50,796 nucleotides of DNA from Rhodoferax sp. (GTDB lineage Bacteria; Pseudomonadota; Gammaproteobacteria; Burkholderiales; Burkholderiaceae_C): the NCBI GenBank assembly GCA_036171375.1, contig JAVHQY010000067.1:1-50796 (forward strand), read 5' to 3'. Position numbers and translations under genes: made by a program. Positions 18,665 through 29,127 of this stretch are shown piece after piece (the stretch's first letter is position 1; each line of letters begins with the position of its first letter). A model generated the notes under the pieces. It had not been told where the DNA came from. It searched no databases and saw only the letters and a list, made by a program, of their open reading frames with translations.

Positions 18665-19078
18665 TTAGTGGCTATGACAAGCGCCGGTTTGCTTTTCGGG
18701 CATGGGGGTGTCGCGATCCACCCCGGCAGCGGCGAGCTGCGCTTCGTATTGGGCCCACAGGCGTTGCTGCTCGGAGCCTAAAAAGTAAAGGTATTCCCAG
18801 GAATACAGACCGCTGTCGTGGCCGTCGGAAAAAATCGGTTGCACCGCGTAGTTGCCAACCGGCTCGAGCGCCAGCAGATCGACTTCGCGCTTGCCGGTTT
18901 GCAGCACTTCCTGCCCTGGCCCATGGCCCTTGACTTCGGCCGAAGGCGAATAAACACGCAAAAACTCAAACGGCAAACGGAACGTGGCGCCGTCGGAGAA
19001 GCTGATCTCAAGCACGCGCGAGTGGCCGTGCACCGTCATGGCCTGCGGCGTGGGTGGGGTGGATTGTGAAGAAGTCAT
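18665..19078 (-). CDS. DUF971 / gamma-butyrobetaine hydroxylase N-terminal-like protein
   Basis: LRVYSPSAEVKGHG, EPVGNYAV, FSDGHDSGLYSW. Start ATG 19078 or 19087. Confidence 0.85.
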   Translation of the reverse strand: MTSSQSTPPTPQAMTVHGHSRVLEISFSDGATFRLPFEFLRVYSPSAEVKGHGPGQEVLQTGKREVDLLALEPVGNYAVQPIFSDGHDSGLYSWEYLYFLGSEQQRLWAQYEAQLAAAGVDRDTPMPEKQTGACHSH

Positions 19079-19103
19079 TTTTTTCATCTGGGTGGCAAAG
19101 GTA

Positions 19104-19556
19104 TCACAAAGCCGGTCGCATTGCTGCCAGCCGGGTTCGAATGGCATTTTCCACACCCGCCAGCCGAGCCCACAGCAAGTCAGTGGCACGCGCATCAACG
19201 CCGCGCAAAGGTGCCGCCCACACGGGTGCCGGAAAGTGGCTGTCCCAGTCAAAGCGGGCGATCACGTGCCAGTGCAGATGCGCCACCACGTTGCCCAGCG
19301 CTGCCAGGTTAATCTTGGTCGGCTGCAACTGCTCGCGCAAGGTCTGCTCCACTTCGCACACTGCGCCCAGGCATAGCGTCCGATCGGACACACTTAGGTC
19401 GGAAAACTCCGCCACGTGCGCCGTCCAGACGACGCGGTAAAACGCCGGGAAACCGGCCTCGTCGGCGCGAATGACGCGAAATTTTTCGCCCTGAAACACC
19501 AGCGTGCCACCCACGTCACGGCACAATGGGCAAGCGCTCACCGCAACCAGGCTCAT
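19104..19556 (-). CDS. HIT family protein
   Basis: [25 protein letters not shown] (HxHxH). Confidence 0.9.
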   Translation of the reverse strand: MSLVAVSACPLCRDVGGTLVFQGEKFRVIRADEAGFPAFYRVVWTAHVAEFSDLSVSDRTLCLGAVCEVEQTLREQLQPTKINLAALGNVVAHLHWHVIARFDWDSHFPAPVWAAPLRGVDARATDLLWARLAGVENAIRTRLAAMRPAL

Positions 19557-22500
19557 ACCAGCACCCGCTCAATGCCACCGTTATTGGCTGACTTGACGTA
19601 ATCAGGCATCCAGTTTTCGCCGAGAAGCTGGCGCGCCATCTCGACGACGATGTAGTCTGCTTGCAACAAGCCGCTGTTGAGATCTTCACCAAAACGGCTC
19701 AGCCCCTGCAAACAGGCCGGGCAGGAAGTCAGAATCCTGACGTTGTCCTTGGCCCCCAACAAGCCCTGCGAACGCAACTGCGCTTCACCTTTGAGAATTT
19801 CTTCTTCTTTGCGAAAGCGCACCTGGGTGGCGATGTCAGGCCGCGTCAGGGCCAGCGTACCAGCCTCGCCGCAGCAACGATCGGATTGAATCACCTGGCC
19901 TCCGAGCAAGGCTTTGACCGTCTTGAGCGGCTCCTGCAACTTCATCGGACTGTGACACGGATCATGGAACAAGAACGCGCCCGCATTGGGCAGGGTGATG
20001 CCTTTTTCCAGCAGGTATTCATGGATGTCGATGATGCGGCTGCCGGGGAAAATCTTTTCAAACTGGTAGCCCTGCAACTGGTCATAACAGGTGCCACAGC
20101 TCACCACCACGGTCTTGATGTCGAGGTAGTTCAAGGTGTTGGCAACGCGGTGAAACAACACCCGGTTGTCGGTGATCATCTGCTCGGCCTTGGCAAACTG
20201 ACCCGCACCGCGCTGCGGGTAACCGCAACACAGGTAGCCCGGTGGCAAAACGGCTTGAACCCCAGCGTGCCAAAGCATGGCTTGCGTCGCCAGACCGACC
20301 TGGCTAAAAAGTCGCTCGGAGCCACAACCCGGAAAATAAAACACGGCCTCCGTCTCGGCGCTTGTCGTTTGCGGGTTACGGATGATGGGAACGTAGGCCT
20401 TGTCTTCAATGTCGAGCAGCGCGCGCGCCGTTTGCTTGGGCAAACCACCCGGCATTTTCTTGTTGACAAAGTGAATCACCTGCTGCTTGATCGCTGCCAC
20501 GCCCAACGATGCCGGTGGGGCGGCGGTTTGCCGGCGTGCCACCAGCTTGAGCAGGTCGGCTGCGAATCGCTGCGCCCGAATCGCCAGCTTGACCATGACC
20601 CAACGCGTCAGCCGAATCACTTCGGGCTTGCTGGCGTTGAGCATGAACATGGCAGCCCAGCCGGCCGGTCTGAAGCTCTTCTGCCCCATTTTGCGCAACA
20701 GGTTGCGCATGTTCATGGACACGTCGCCATAGTCGATGTCCACCGGACACGGTGTCAGGCATTTGTGGCACAGCGTGCAGTGTTCCGCCACATCCTCAAA
20801 CTCCTGCCAGTGCTTGACCGACACGCCGCGGCGCGTTTGTTCCTCGTACAAAAACGCTTCCACCAGCAACGACGTGGCCAGAATCTTGTCGCGCGGGCTG
20901 TAGAGCAGATTGGCGCGCGGCACGTGGGTGGCACAGACCGCTTTGCACTTGCCGCAGCGCAGACAATCTTTCACGCTGGCAGCGATCGAGCCGATGTCGC
21001 TTTGCTGCATGATGAGCGACTCGTAGCCCATCAGACCAAAGCTGGGCGTGTAAGCGTTGGTCAGGTCGGCCGGCAACCAGTCCGTGCCGGTCGCCGGCCC
21101 GGCCAGGCCCTGGCGCAACAACTTGCCCTGATTGAAGCGACCTTGCGGATCCACCCGTTGCTTGTAATCGATGAACGGCTGCAACTCTTGGTCGGACAAG
21201 AATTCAAGCTTGGTGATGCCGATGCCGTGCTCGCCCGAAATCACCCCGCCCAGGTTGCGCGCCAGCGCCATGATGCGCCTGACGGCACCATGCGCGGCTT
21301 GCAGCATTTCATAGTCGTCGCTGTTGACGGGAATGTTGGAGTGCACATTGCCGTCGCCCGCGTGCATGTGCAGCGCAACCCAAACCCGGCCCTTGAGCAC
21401 ACGCTGATGGATGCCCTGGCACTCGCGCAGGATAGGCTCAAACGCCAGCCCAGCAAAAATTTGCTGTAGCGGCTGGTACAACTGGGTCTTCCAGCTGGCC
21501 CGCAAGGTGTGGTCCTGCAACTGCGCAAACAGCGCTCCCAGGTTCTGCCGCCAACCCTGCCACTGATCGCGCACCGCAGCGATCAACGCCAGTGCCTGCG
21601 CCACGCGGTCTTCCAGCAACTCGGCCGAGCTGACGATGCTGGCATCGTCGTGCTTGCCCAGTGGCAGGTTGCCACGGTTGAAAAATTTTTCCAACGCGTC
21701 GCACAGCGCAATTTTGTTGGCCAGACTGAGTTCGATGTTGATGCGCTCAATGCCGTCGGTGTACTCGGCCATGCGCGGCAACGGAATCACCACGTCTTCG
21801 TTAATCTTGAAGGCGTTGGTGTGTTTGCTGATGGCTGCGGTGCGCTTGCGATCGAGCCAGAACTTTTTGCGTGCCTCCGCACTGATGGCAATAAAACCTT
21901 CACCGCTGCGCGAGTTGGCGATGCGCACGACCTCGGACGTGGCGCGCGCCACGGCATCGGCATCGTCGCCAGCAATGTCGCCAAACAAGACCATTTTGGG
22001 CAAACCGCCGCGCTTGGATTTGGTGGCGTAGCCGACCGCTTTCAGGTAGCGGTCATCGAGGTGCTCCAGGCCGGCCAAAACAACGCCCGAGCGCTTTTGT
22101 TCAGCAAACATGAAGTCCTTGATCTCGACAATGCTGGGCACGGCACCGTGGGCATGGCCAAAGAACTCCAGGCAAACCGTTCGCGTGTGCCGCGGCATGC
22201 GGTGCACGATCCAGCGCGCGCTGGTGATCAGCCCGTCGCAGCCTTCTTTTTGAATGCCCGGCAGACCACTCAAAAATTTGTCGGTCACGTCCTTGCCCAG
22301 GCCCTCTTTGCGAAAGGTGCTGCCGGCAATGTCAAGGCGCTCGCTGCGAACCAGCGTCGTACCGTCTGCTTTGAAATACTTGAGCTCGAAACTGGCCAAC
22401 TCCACATCGTGAATCTTGCCCAGGTTGTGGTTCAGGCGCGTGACTTCGAGCCACTGCGCCTGCGCTGTCACCATGCGCCAGCTCGCCAGGTTGTCCAGCG

Positions 22501-23446
22501 CCGTTCCCCACAAAACTGCTTTCTTGCCACCGGCGTTCATGGCGATATTTCCGCCAATGCACGACGCTTCGGCTGAAGTCGGGTCAACGGCAAAAACATA
22601 ACCGGCACGCTCGGCCGCTTCTGACACGCGCTGCGTCACCACGCCAGCCTCGGTCCAGACGGTGGCCACTTGCTGCGCCAACCCCGGCAAGCGCAGCAGC
22701 TCAACCTCGCTCATGGCATCGAGCTTTTCAGTGTTGATGACCACGCTCTTCCAGCTTAGTGGAATCACACCGCCGGTGTAACCCGTGCCACCGCCACGCG
22801 GGATGATGGTCAAACCCAGTTCAATACAAGCCTTGACCAGCCCGGCCATCTCGGCTTCGCTGTCCGGTGTGAGCACCACAAACGGGTATTCAACCCGCCA
22901 GTCGGTGGCATCGGTGACGTGACTGACACGTGACAGGCCGTCGAACTTGATGTTGTCCCTGGCCGTCAGTTTGACCAACGCACGCTGGGTCTGGCGGCGC
23001 AGGGCGGCGGTTTCGACAAACGCCGCATCAAACCGTTGCACTGCCCGATGAGCCGATTGCAGAAGTTCACCCACGATCGCATCGCGTTGCGGGTCAAGTT
23101 CGGGCGAACGGCGCTTTTGTATCTCAGTCAAACGATGCTGCAAGGCCTGCACCAGCAGCGCGCGACGCTTGGGGTTGTCAAGCAAATCGTCTTGCAGATA
23201 GGGGTTGCGCTGCACCACCCAGATGTCGCCCAGCACCTCGTAGAGCATGCGCGCCGAACGACCGGTGCGGCGTTCCTGACGCAACTGATTGAGCCAATCC
23301 CAGGCACTCACACCGAGCAGGCGAATCACAATTTCGCGATCGGAAAACGAGGTGTAGTTGTAGGGAATCTCGCGTATGCGTGCCGCTGCCTGCGGCGCAG
23401 CCGAATCGGACACTGACATTAAGCTAGGCAAGCTGGGTGTGTTCAT
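19553..23446 (-). CDS. Large FAD-linked oxidase/Fe-S oxidoreductase (DUF3683-like N-terminus; GlcD/GlcF-like fusion)
   Basis: [36 protein letters not shown]; two CxxCxxCxxxC motifs; two CCG domains. Start trimmed to ATG 23446. Confidence 0.88.
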   Translation of the reverse strand: MNTPSLPSLMSVSDSAAPQAAARIREIPYNYTSFSDREIVIRLLGVSAWDWLNQLRQERRTGRSARMLYEVLGDIWVVQRNPYLQDDLLDNPKRRALLVQALQHRLTEIQKRRSPELDPQRDAIVGELLQSAHRAVQRFDAAFVETAALRRQTQRALVKLTARDNIKFDGLSRVSHVTDATDWRVEYPFVVLTPDSEAEMAGLVKACIELGLTIIPRGGGTGYTGGVIPLSWKSVVINTEKLDAMSEVELLRLPGLAQQVATVWTEAGVVTQRVSEAAERAGYVFAVDPTSAEASCIGGNIAMNAGGKKAVLWGTALDNLASWRMVTAQAQWLEVTRLNHNLGKIHDVELASFELKYFKADGTTLVRSERLDIAGSTFRKEGLGKDVTDKFLSGLPGIQKEGCDGLITSARWIVHRMPRHTRTVCLEFFGHAHGAVPSIVEIKDFMFAEQKRSGVVLAGLEHLDDRYLKAVGYATKSKRGGLPKMVLFGDIAGDDADAVARATSEVVRIANSRSGEGFIAISAEARKKFWLDRKRTAAISKHTNAFKINEDVVIPLPRMAEYTDGIERINIELSLANKIALCDALEKFFNRGNLPLGKHDDASIVSSAELLEDRVAQALALIAAVRDQWQGWRQNLGALFAQLQDHTLRASWKTQLYQPLQQIFAGLAFEPILRECQGIHQRVLKGRVWVALHMHAGDGNVHSNIPVNSDDYEMLQAAHGAVRRIMALARNLGGVISGEHGIGITKLEFLSDQELQPFIDYKQRVDPQGRFNQGKLLRQGLAGPATGTDWLPADLTNAYTPSFGLMGYESLIMQQSDIGSIAASVKDCLRCGKCKAVCATHVPRANLLYSPRDKILATSLLVEAFLYEEQTRRGVSVKHWQEFEDVAEHCTLCHKCLTPCPVDIDYGDVSMNMRNLLRKMGQKSFRPAGWAAMFMLNASKPEVIRLTRWVMVKLAIRAQRFAADLLKLVARRQTAAPPASLGVAAIKQQVIHFVNKKMPGGLPKQTARALLDIEDKAYVPIIRNPQTTSAETEAVFYFPGCGSERLFSQVGLATQAMLWHAGVQAVLPPGYLCCGYPQRGAGQFAKAEQMITDNRVLFHRVANTLNYLDIKTVVVSCGTCYDQLQGYQFEKIFPGSRIIDIHEYLLEKGITLPNAGAFLFHDPCHSPMKLQEPLKTVKALLGGQVIQSDRCCGEAGTLALTRPDIATQVRFRKEEEILKGEAQLRSQGLLGAKDNVRILTSCPACLQGLSRFGEDLNSGLLQADYIVVEMARQLLGENWMPDYVKSANNGGIERVLV

Positions 23447-23678
23447 CAACAGAAGTGCGCATCGGCCCGTTGGACGGGTGACAGCCGGCAAACAATGCCG
23501 GCAACGCGGATGTGCGATGTTACCGCAGCGCAGCATGGTCGTGTCCGCACGGGGCATAAGCCAGACGCATGCCGGCAGTCGTGTTGCCCGGTAGATTCTC
23601 AACCCGACCTGAGGGAAACCCTGATGGCAACGCTGAAAAAACCTGCGTTTAATCAAGACTTGGGCAGATTGGTGCCTT

Positions 23679-23712
23679 TTGTCGCAAATCTTTCACATTT
23701 TTTTACTATGCT
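23679..23712 (+). promoter_or_regulatory. Putative Pho box and -10 element of the ugp operon
   Basis: TTGTCGC-AAAT-CTTTCAC (23679-23696) resembles CTGTCAT-A(A/T)A(T/A)-CTGTCAC, and TATGCT follows exactly 10 nt later. Confidence 0.5.
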
Positions 23713-23737
23713 CAAACCCTAACTTGAAGGAAATCGC

Positions 23738-25045
23738 ATGAAACTCAAAGTGGCAGCCGTTGCTTTAGCGGCATCTTTGGCACTGTCGGCACAAGCCGTG
23801 ACCGAAGTGCAGTGGTGGCACTCGATGACCGCCGTCAACGGCGAATGGGTCAACGACCTGGCCAAGGATTTCAACGCCAGCCAGACCCAGTACAAAGTGA
23901 TTCCCACCTACAAAGGCAAATACGACGAGTCGATGACCGCGGCAGTGGCCGCATTCCGGGCCGGCAATGCGCCCGATATTTTGCAGGTGTTTGAAGTCGG
24001 CACCGCCACCATGATGGCCAGCAAAGGTGCCATCGTACCGGTGGGCAAAGTGATGAAGGATGCCGGGCAGAAGTTCGACCCCAAAGCGTATATTTCAGCC
24101 GTGGGCGGTTATTACACGGCACCCAGTGGCGAGATGTTGAGCATGCCGTTCAACAGTTCCACCACGGTCTTCTACATCAACAAAGATGCTTTCAAGGCGG
24201 CCGGTCTCGACGCCAGCAAAGCCCCGACCAGTTGGCCTGAAGTGGCACTGGCAGCGGCCCAGCTCAAGGCCAGCGGTCACAAATGCCCGCTTACCATCGC
24301 CTGGCAGGGCTGGACGCAACTGGAAAGCTTTTCGGCATGGCACAACGTCGAATTCGCCACCAAGGGCAATGGTCTGGGCGGCATGGACGCGCGCATGAAA
24401 GTCAACTCACCGCTGCACGTGCGCCACATTGGCAACCTGGCCAACATGGCCAAACAAGGCCTGTTTGTCTATAAGGGTCGCGCCAACGTACCGGAAGCCA
24501 CCTTCATCTCTGGCGAGTGCGCCATGATCACCACTTCGGCCGGGTTCTACGGCAACGTCAAGAAAAACGCGAAATTCAACTGGGCGCTGGCCACCCTGCC
24601 CTACTACCCGGACGTTCCTGGTGCGCCGCAAAACACCGTGATTGGTGGTGCCAGCCTGTGGGTGATGGCCGGCAAAAAACCTGAGGTCTATAAAGGCGTG
24701 GCGGCTTTCTTCAACTACATCTCCAGCCCGGCAGTGCAGTCGGCCAGCCACAAGCGCACCGGTTATCTGCCAATCACCACCGCCGCTTTCCAACTCACTG
24801 AAAAATCGGGGTTTTACAAAGCCAATCCAGGCACCGATGTCGCGGTGAACCAGATGATTCGCAAAGTCACCGACAAGTCGCGTGGCATCCGGCTGGGCAA
24901 CTACGTGCAAATCCGCACCATCGAAGACGAGGAACTCGAACAGGTCTGGAACGGCAAGAAGAGCGCCAAGGAAGCGCTTGACAGCATCGTCAAACGCGGC
25001 AACGAGCTGTTGGAGCGGTTTGAGAAAGCCAACAAGAAGGGTTGA
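23738..25045 (+). CDS. ugpB: sn-glycerol-3-phosphate ABC transporter substrate-binding protein
   Basis: Signal peptide, QWWHSM, ILQVFEVGTATMM, PFNSST, QLESFSAWH, IGGASLWV. Confidence 0.95.
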   Translation: MKLKVAAVALAASLALSAQAVTEVQWWHSMTAVNGEWVNDLAKDFNASQTQYKVIPTYKGKYDESMTAAVAAFRAGNAPDILQVFEVGTATMMASKGAIVPVGKVMKDAGQKFDPKAYISAVGGYYTAPSGEMLSMPFNSSTTVFYINKDAFKAAGLDASKAPTSWPEVALAAAQLKASGHKCPLTIAWQGWTQLESFSAWHNVEFATKGNGLGGMDARMKVNSPLHVRHIGNLANMAKQGLFVYKGRANVPEATFISGECAMITTSAGFYGNVKKNAKFNWALATLPYYPDVPGAPQNTVIGGASLWVMAGKKPEVYKGVAAFFNYISSPAVQSASHKRTGYLPITTAAFQLTEKSGFYKANPGTDVAVNQMIRKVTDKSRGIRLGNYVQIRTIEDEELEQVWNGKKSAKEALDSIVKRGNELLERFEKANKKG

Positions 25046-25048
25046 TCC

Positions 25049-25936
25049 TTGGCCACCGAGAAGCGCGTTTTTTTCCGCGCGCGCTGGCTGCCCTGGGTGC
25101 TGATGGCACCCCAGGTGGCGGTGATTGCGGTGTTCTTTTTCTGGCCCGCGGCGCAGGCCTTGCTGCAATCGGTGCAGCAAACCAACGCTTTTGGCACCTC
25201 GATCGAGTGGGTCGGGCTGGAAAATTTCCGCCATCTCTGGCAAGACGAAACTTACCTGGCATCGTTTTACACCACCGCGCTGTTCTCGGTGCTGGTGGCG
25301 GTGTTGGGAATCGGCCTGTCGCTGCTGCTGGCGGTGTTTGCCGACCGCGTCATCAAAGGCGCACTGGCCTACAAAACGCTGCTGATTTGGCCCTACGCGG
25401 TGGCTCCGGCGGTGGCTGGCGTGCTGTGGCTGTTCATGTTCGCGCCCAGTGTGGGCGTGGTGGCTTATTGGCTGCAAACCTTCGGCTTCGAGTGGAACCA
25501 TCTGCTCAACGGTAGGCACGCCATGGCGCTGGTGGTGATGGCTGCGGTCTGGAAACAGATTTCTTACAACTTCCTGTTTTTTCTCGCCGGGCTGCAAAGC
25601 ATCCCAAAGTCGCTGATCGAGGCCGCGGCGATCGATGGTGCCAGACTGTGGCGGCGTTTCTGGACCATGGTTTTTCCGCTGCTGTCGCCAACCACTTTTT
25701 TTCTGCTGGTGATCAACATCGTTTATGCGTTTTTTGACACCTTTGCCATCATCGATGCTGCCACCCAGGGCGGTCCCGGCAAAGACACGGAAATTCTGGT
25801 CTATAAGGTTTATTTCGACGGTTTCAAGGCGATGGACCTGGGCGGCTCGGCCGCGCAGTCGGTGGTGCTGATGGTGATTGTGGTGCTGCTCACCGTGGTG
25901 CAATTCCGCTTCGTTGAAAAGAAAGTGAATTACTGA
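25049..25936 (+). CDS. ugpA: G3P ABC transporter permease
   Basis: [36 protein letters not shown]; TTG start. Confidence 0.94.
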   Translation: MATEKRVFFRARWLPWVLMAPQVAVIAVFFFWPAAQALLQSVQQTNAFGTSIEWVGLENFRHLWQDETYLASFYTTALFSVLVAVLGIGLSLLLAVFADRVIKGALAYKTLLIWPYAVAPAVAGVLWLFMFAPSVGVVAYWLQTFGFEWNHLLNGRHAMALVVMAAVWKQISYNFLFFLAGLQSIPKSLIEAAAIDGARLWRRFWTMVFPLLSPTTFFLLVINIVYAFFDTFAIIDAATQGGPGKDTEILVYKVYFDGFKAMDLGGSAAQSVVLMVIVVLLTVVQFRFVEKKVNY

Positions 25937-25951
25937 TGAAGAAGTGCTGCC

Positions 25952-26803
25952 ATGGTTGAACGCCGCCCCTGGCTGACGCTGCTGACGCACGCCGTGCTGG
26001 TGCTGGGCGTGCTGGTGGTGGCGTTTCCGCTTTACCTCACGCTGATCGCATCGACTCAGACCTCGCAAGCCATTGTGCAAACGCCAATGCCGCTGCTACC
26101 CGGTGGTCACATGATCGACAACTACATCGCGGCCTGGAATGGCACCGGCGGTGGTTCGGGCTCCAAGGCACCGGTCGGGCAGATGATGATGGTGAGTCTG
26201 ATTTCAGCGCTCATCATCTCCATTGGAAAGATTGCAATCTCCTTGCTGTCGGCTTTTGCCATCGTTTACTTTCGTTTCCCGTTCCGGATGTTTTTCTTCT
26301 GGGCGATTTTTATCACGCTGATGCTGCCGGTGGAGGTACGCATCGGCCCCACCTACAAAGTGGTGTCCGACCTGGGCATGCTCAACAGCTACGCCGGTTT
26401 GACGATTCCGCTGATTGCCTCGGCGACCGCCACCTTCTTGTTCCGGCAGTTTTTTCTGACGGTGCCCGAAGAGCTGGTGGAAGCCGCGCGAATGGATGGT
26501 GCCGGGCCGATGCGGTTTTTCCTCGACGTGCTGGTGCCGCTTTCGGCGACATCGATTGCGGCGCTGTTTGTGATTCAGTTCATTTATGGCTGGAACCAGT
26601 ACCTGTGGCCGCTGCTGGTCACCACCAAAGAAGACATGTACCCGGTGGTGATCGGCATCAAACGCATGATCTCTGGTGGCGACTCCGAAATGGAATGGAA
26701 CATCGTCATGGCCACCGCCGTGCTCGCCATGCTGCCACCAGCAGCGGTGGTGATGCTGATGCAAAAATGGTTCGTCAAAGGACTGGTGGACACGGAGAAG
26801 TAA
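25952..26803 (+). CDS. ugpE: G3P ABC transporter permease
   Basis: [47 protein letters not shown]. Confidence 0.95.
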   Translation: MVERRPWLTLLTHAVLVLGVLVVAFPLYLTLIASTQTSQAIVQTPMPLLPGGHMIDNYIAAWNGTGGGSGSKAPVGQMMMVSLISALIISIGKIAISLLSAFAIVYFRFPFRMFFFWAIFITLMLPVEVRIGPTYKVVSDLGMLNSYAGLTIPLIASATATFLFRQFFLTVPEELVEAARMDGAGPMRFFLDVLVPLSATSIAALFVIQFIYGWNQYLWPLLVTTKEDMYPVVIGIKRMISGGDSEMEWNIVMATAVLAMLPPAAVVMLMQKWFVKGLVDTEK

Positions 26804-26806
26804 ATA

Positions 26807-26977
26807 ACTTGGGGACAGACCGAAGTACGCGAAGCGACAAGCTCTGTCCCCAACTGATTAAGACTTGCGGGACAGACCGAAGTACGCGAAGCGACAAGCT
26901 CTGTCCCCAACTGATTAAGACTTGCGGGACAGACCGAAGTACGCGAAGCGACAAGCTCTGTCCCCAACTGATTAAGA
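26807..26977. repeat. Tandem array of three 57-bp palindromic units
   Basis: Unit ACTTGCGGGACAGACCGAAGTACGCGAAGCGACAAGCTCTGTCCCCAACTGATTAAG. GGGACAGACC starts at 26812, 26869 and 26926; the first unit lacks one C. Confidence 0.97.
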
Positions 26978-26982
26978 GAAAT

Positions 26983-28011
26983 ATGGCATCCATCACACTT
27001 AAAAACGTCATCAAGCGCTACGGCAAAGGCAAATCCGCCAACCAGGTGATTCACGGGGTCAGCGCAGAAATTCACGATGGCGAGTTCGTCGTCATCGTCG
27101 GCCCTTCGGGTTGCGGCAAATCGACGCTGCTGCGCATGGTGGCCGGCCTGGAAGAGGTCAGCAGCGGTGACATCCTGATCGGCGCGCGCGTCGTCAACGA
27201 CCTGGAGCCCGCCGACCGCGACATCGCGATGGTGTTCCAGAACTACGCGTTGTACCCGCACATGAGCGTTTTTGACAACATGGCCTACGGCCTGAAAATT
27301 GCCAAGGTGCCGGCGGCCGAGATCCGGGAGCGCGTTGACAAGGCGGCCAGGATTCTTGAAATCGGCTCATTCCTGGAGCGCAAGCCGCGCGAACTCTCGG
27401 GTGGCCAGCGCCAGCGCGTGGCGATGGGGCGCGCCATCGTGCGCCAGCCCCAAGTGTTTTTGTTCGACGAGCCGCTGTCAAACCTGGATGCCAAACTGCG
27501 CGCGCAGACCCGGCTTGAAATTCAAAAACTGCACCGCGAACTGGGAATCACCTCACTTTTTGTCACGCACGACCAGGTTGAGGCAATGACGCTGGCGCAA
27601 CGCATGATCGTCATGAACGCCGGTGTGGTGGAGCAGTTTGGCACGGCCGAAGAGGTCTATTCGCGCCCGGCCAGCACTTTTGTTGCCGGCTTCATGGGCT
27701 CGCCGCCGATGAATTTGCTCAGGAACGCGCCCGGCGCACCCGCCGATACCATCACCGGGGTTCGCCCGGAGCACCTTGAAGTCACCGCCACTGGCTGGTC
27801 GCTGCAAGTCGAAGCGGTGGAAATGCTGGGCGCGGAGCGACTGATTTACGGTCGCTGGCAGCATGGACCGGGTGATGAGATGGTCATCATCCGCACCGAA
27901 GAAGCGCACCTGGTGCCAACGCTGGGCAGCACCTTGCACGTGACACCACATGCCGGCAAATTGCACTGGTTTGATGCCGCCAGCGGCAAGCGCAAGGAGC
28001 GTCCGTCATGA
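26983..28011 (+). CDS. ugpC: G3P ABC transporter ATP-binding protein
   Basis: [47 protein letters not shown]. Start ATG 26983. Confidence 0.95.
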   Translation: MASITLKNVIKRYGKGKSANQVIHGVSAEIHDGEFVVIVGPSGCGKSTLLRMVAGLEEVSSGDILIGARVVNDLEPADRDIAMVFQNYALYPHMSVFDNMAYGLKIAKVPAAEIRERVDKAARILEIGSFLERKPRELSGGQRQRVAMGRAIVRQPQVFLFDEPLSNLDAKLRAQTRLEIQKLHRELGITSLFVTHDQVEAMTLAQRMIVMNAGVVEQFGTAEEVYSRPASTFVAGFMGSPPMNLLRNAPGAPADTITGVRPEHLEVTATGWSLQVEAVEMLGAERLIYGRWQHGPGDEMVIIRTEEAHLVPTLGSTLHVTPHAGKLHWFDAASGKRKERPS

Positions 28012-28784
28012 CACCTGGCATTGCAGACCGTTGGCCCTATCCGCGCTGGATCGCTCATCGGGGTGCCGGCAAGCTGGCCCCTGAAAACACACTGACAGCC
28101 TTTCGCACCGGTGCCGGTTACGGCTACCGGATGTTTGAGTGCGATGTCAAACTCAGTCGCGACGATGTACCGTTTTTGCTGCACGACAGCAGCTTGCAGC
28201 GCTGCACCGATGCAGGCCAGCGGTGGAACGGCAGCACCAGCCAGGTGGCGAGTGAGCACGACTGGAGCGAGCTCTCCAGGCTTGATGCCGGCAGTTGGCA
28301 TTCACGCGCTTTTGCCGGCGAACCTTTGCCCACGTTCGAAGCCATTGCCCGCTACTGCCTGCGCAACCATTTTTTTCTGAATATCGAGATCAAGCCCACC
28401 GAAGGCGCTGATGAGCGCACCGGCACCGTGGTGGCGCAACACGCGGCGCGTCTTTGGCGCGACGCCAGCACACAGCCGCTGTTGAGTTCATTTTCACCAG
28501 CGGCACTGGCGGCAGCACAACGCACGCAGAGCGAACTGCCGCGCGCCCTGCTGCTTGACAGTTTGCCCCAGGGGTGGCTGGAGACAGCGCTGCGGCTTGA
28601 ATGCGTGGCAGTCGTCTGCAACCAGGCGCTGTGGAACACTGCCAGCGTGGCGCAAGCCCAAAGCGCCGGTCTGCGCTGTCTTAGCTACACCGTCAACGAT
28701 GAATGGGCGGCGCAACGCCTGCTCTCGCTCGGCACCGACGGCATCATCACCGACCGAATCGATTTGTTTTCACCCGCCCACTAA
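28008..28784 (+). CDS. ugpQ: Glycerophosphodiester phosphodiesterase
   Basis: [37 protein letters not shown]. Confidence 0.93.
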   Translation: MTPGIADRWPYPRWIAHRGAGKLAPENTLTAFRTGAGYGYRMFECDVKLSRDDVPFLLHDSSLQRCTDAGQRWNGSTSQVASEHDWSELSRLDAGSWHSRAFAGEPLPTFEAIARYCLRNHFFLNIEIKPTEGADERTGTVVAQHAARLWRDASTQPLLSSFSPAALAAAQRTQSELPRALLLDSLPQGWLETALRLECVAVVCNQALWNTASVAQAQSAGLRCLSYTVNDEWAAQRLLSLGTDGIITDRIDLFSPAH

Positions 28785-29064
28785 CCGGGGCGCGCCAGCC
28801 GCGCTGCATCAACCACTGGCCACTGGCGCACAGCAGCGTCATCCCGAGATAAGTGGCCATCTTGCCGTCGTGGCCAAAAAACCAGAGACCCACGGCGAGT
28901 GCCGTGGTTGCCAGAACGAGCTGCGAGAGCATCTGCATGGGCAGCGATAAACGCCCTGACCCGGACTTCATCAACAGCCGCGCCAGCAGCGGCAGCCACA
29001 GCGCCAGCCATAGCGCTGGAGCGATGAAGTTGAAAAAATGATCAAAATAATTCGACAGGTTCAT
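28747..29064 (-). CDS. Small hypothetical membrane protein
   Basis: About 105 aa with three hydrophobic segments and a GHDGKMATY motif. Divergent from hemA; overlaps the ugpQ 3' end. Confidence 0.65.
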   Translation of the reverse strand: MNLSNYFDHFFNFIAPALWLALWLPLLARLLMKSGSGRLSLPMQMLSQLVLATTALAVGLWFFGHDGKMATYLGMTLLCASGQWLMQRGWRAPVSGRVKTNRFGR

Positions 29065-29115
29065 CCAGATCAAACAAAAAAAGCAGCCCCGGCCTGAGCG
29101 CGCACCGGCGGATTT

Positions 29116-29121
29116 TATAAT
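29116..29121 (+). promoter_or_regulatory. -10 element immediately before hemA (possible leaderless promoter)
   Basis: TATAAT ends 6 nt before the ATG at 29128; no Shine-Dalgarno. Confidence 0.55.
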
Positions 29122-29127
29122 CGCGTC

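Noticed and set aside
26807-26977. CRISPR array
   Set aside because: The units are identical over their whole length with no unique spacers; there are no cas genes or AT-rich leader.
26605-26982. 468-aa UgpC starting at 26605
   Set aside because: The extension overlaps ugpE out of frame and runs through the repeat array; ABC homology starts at ATG 26983.
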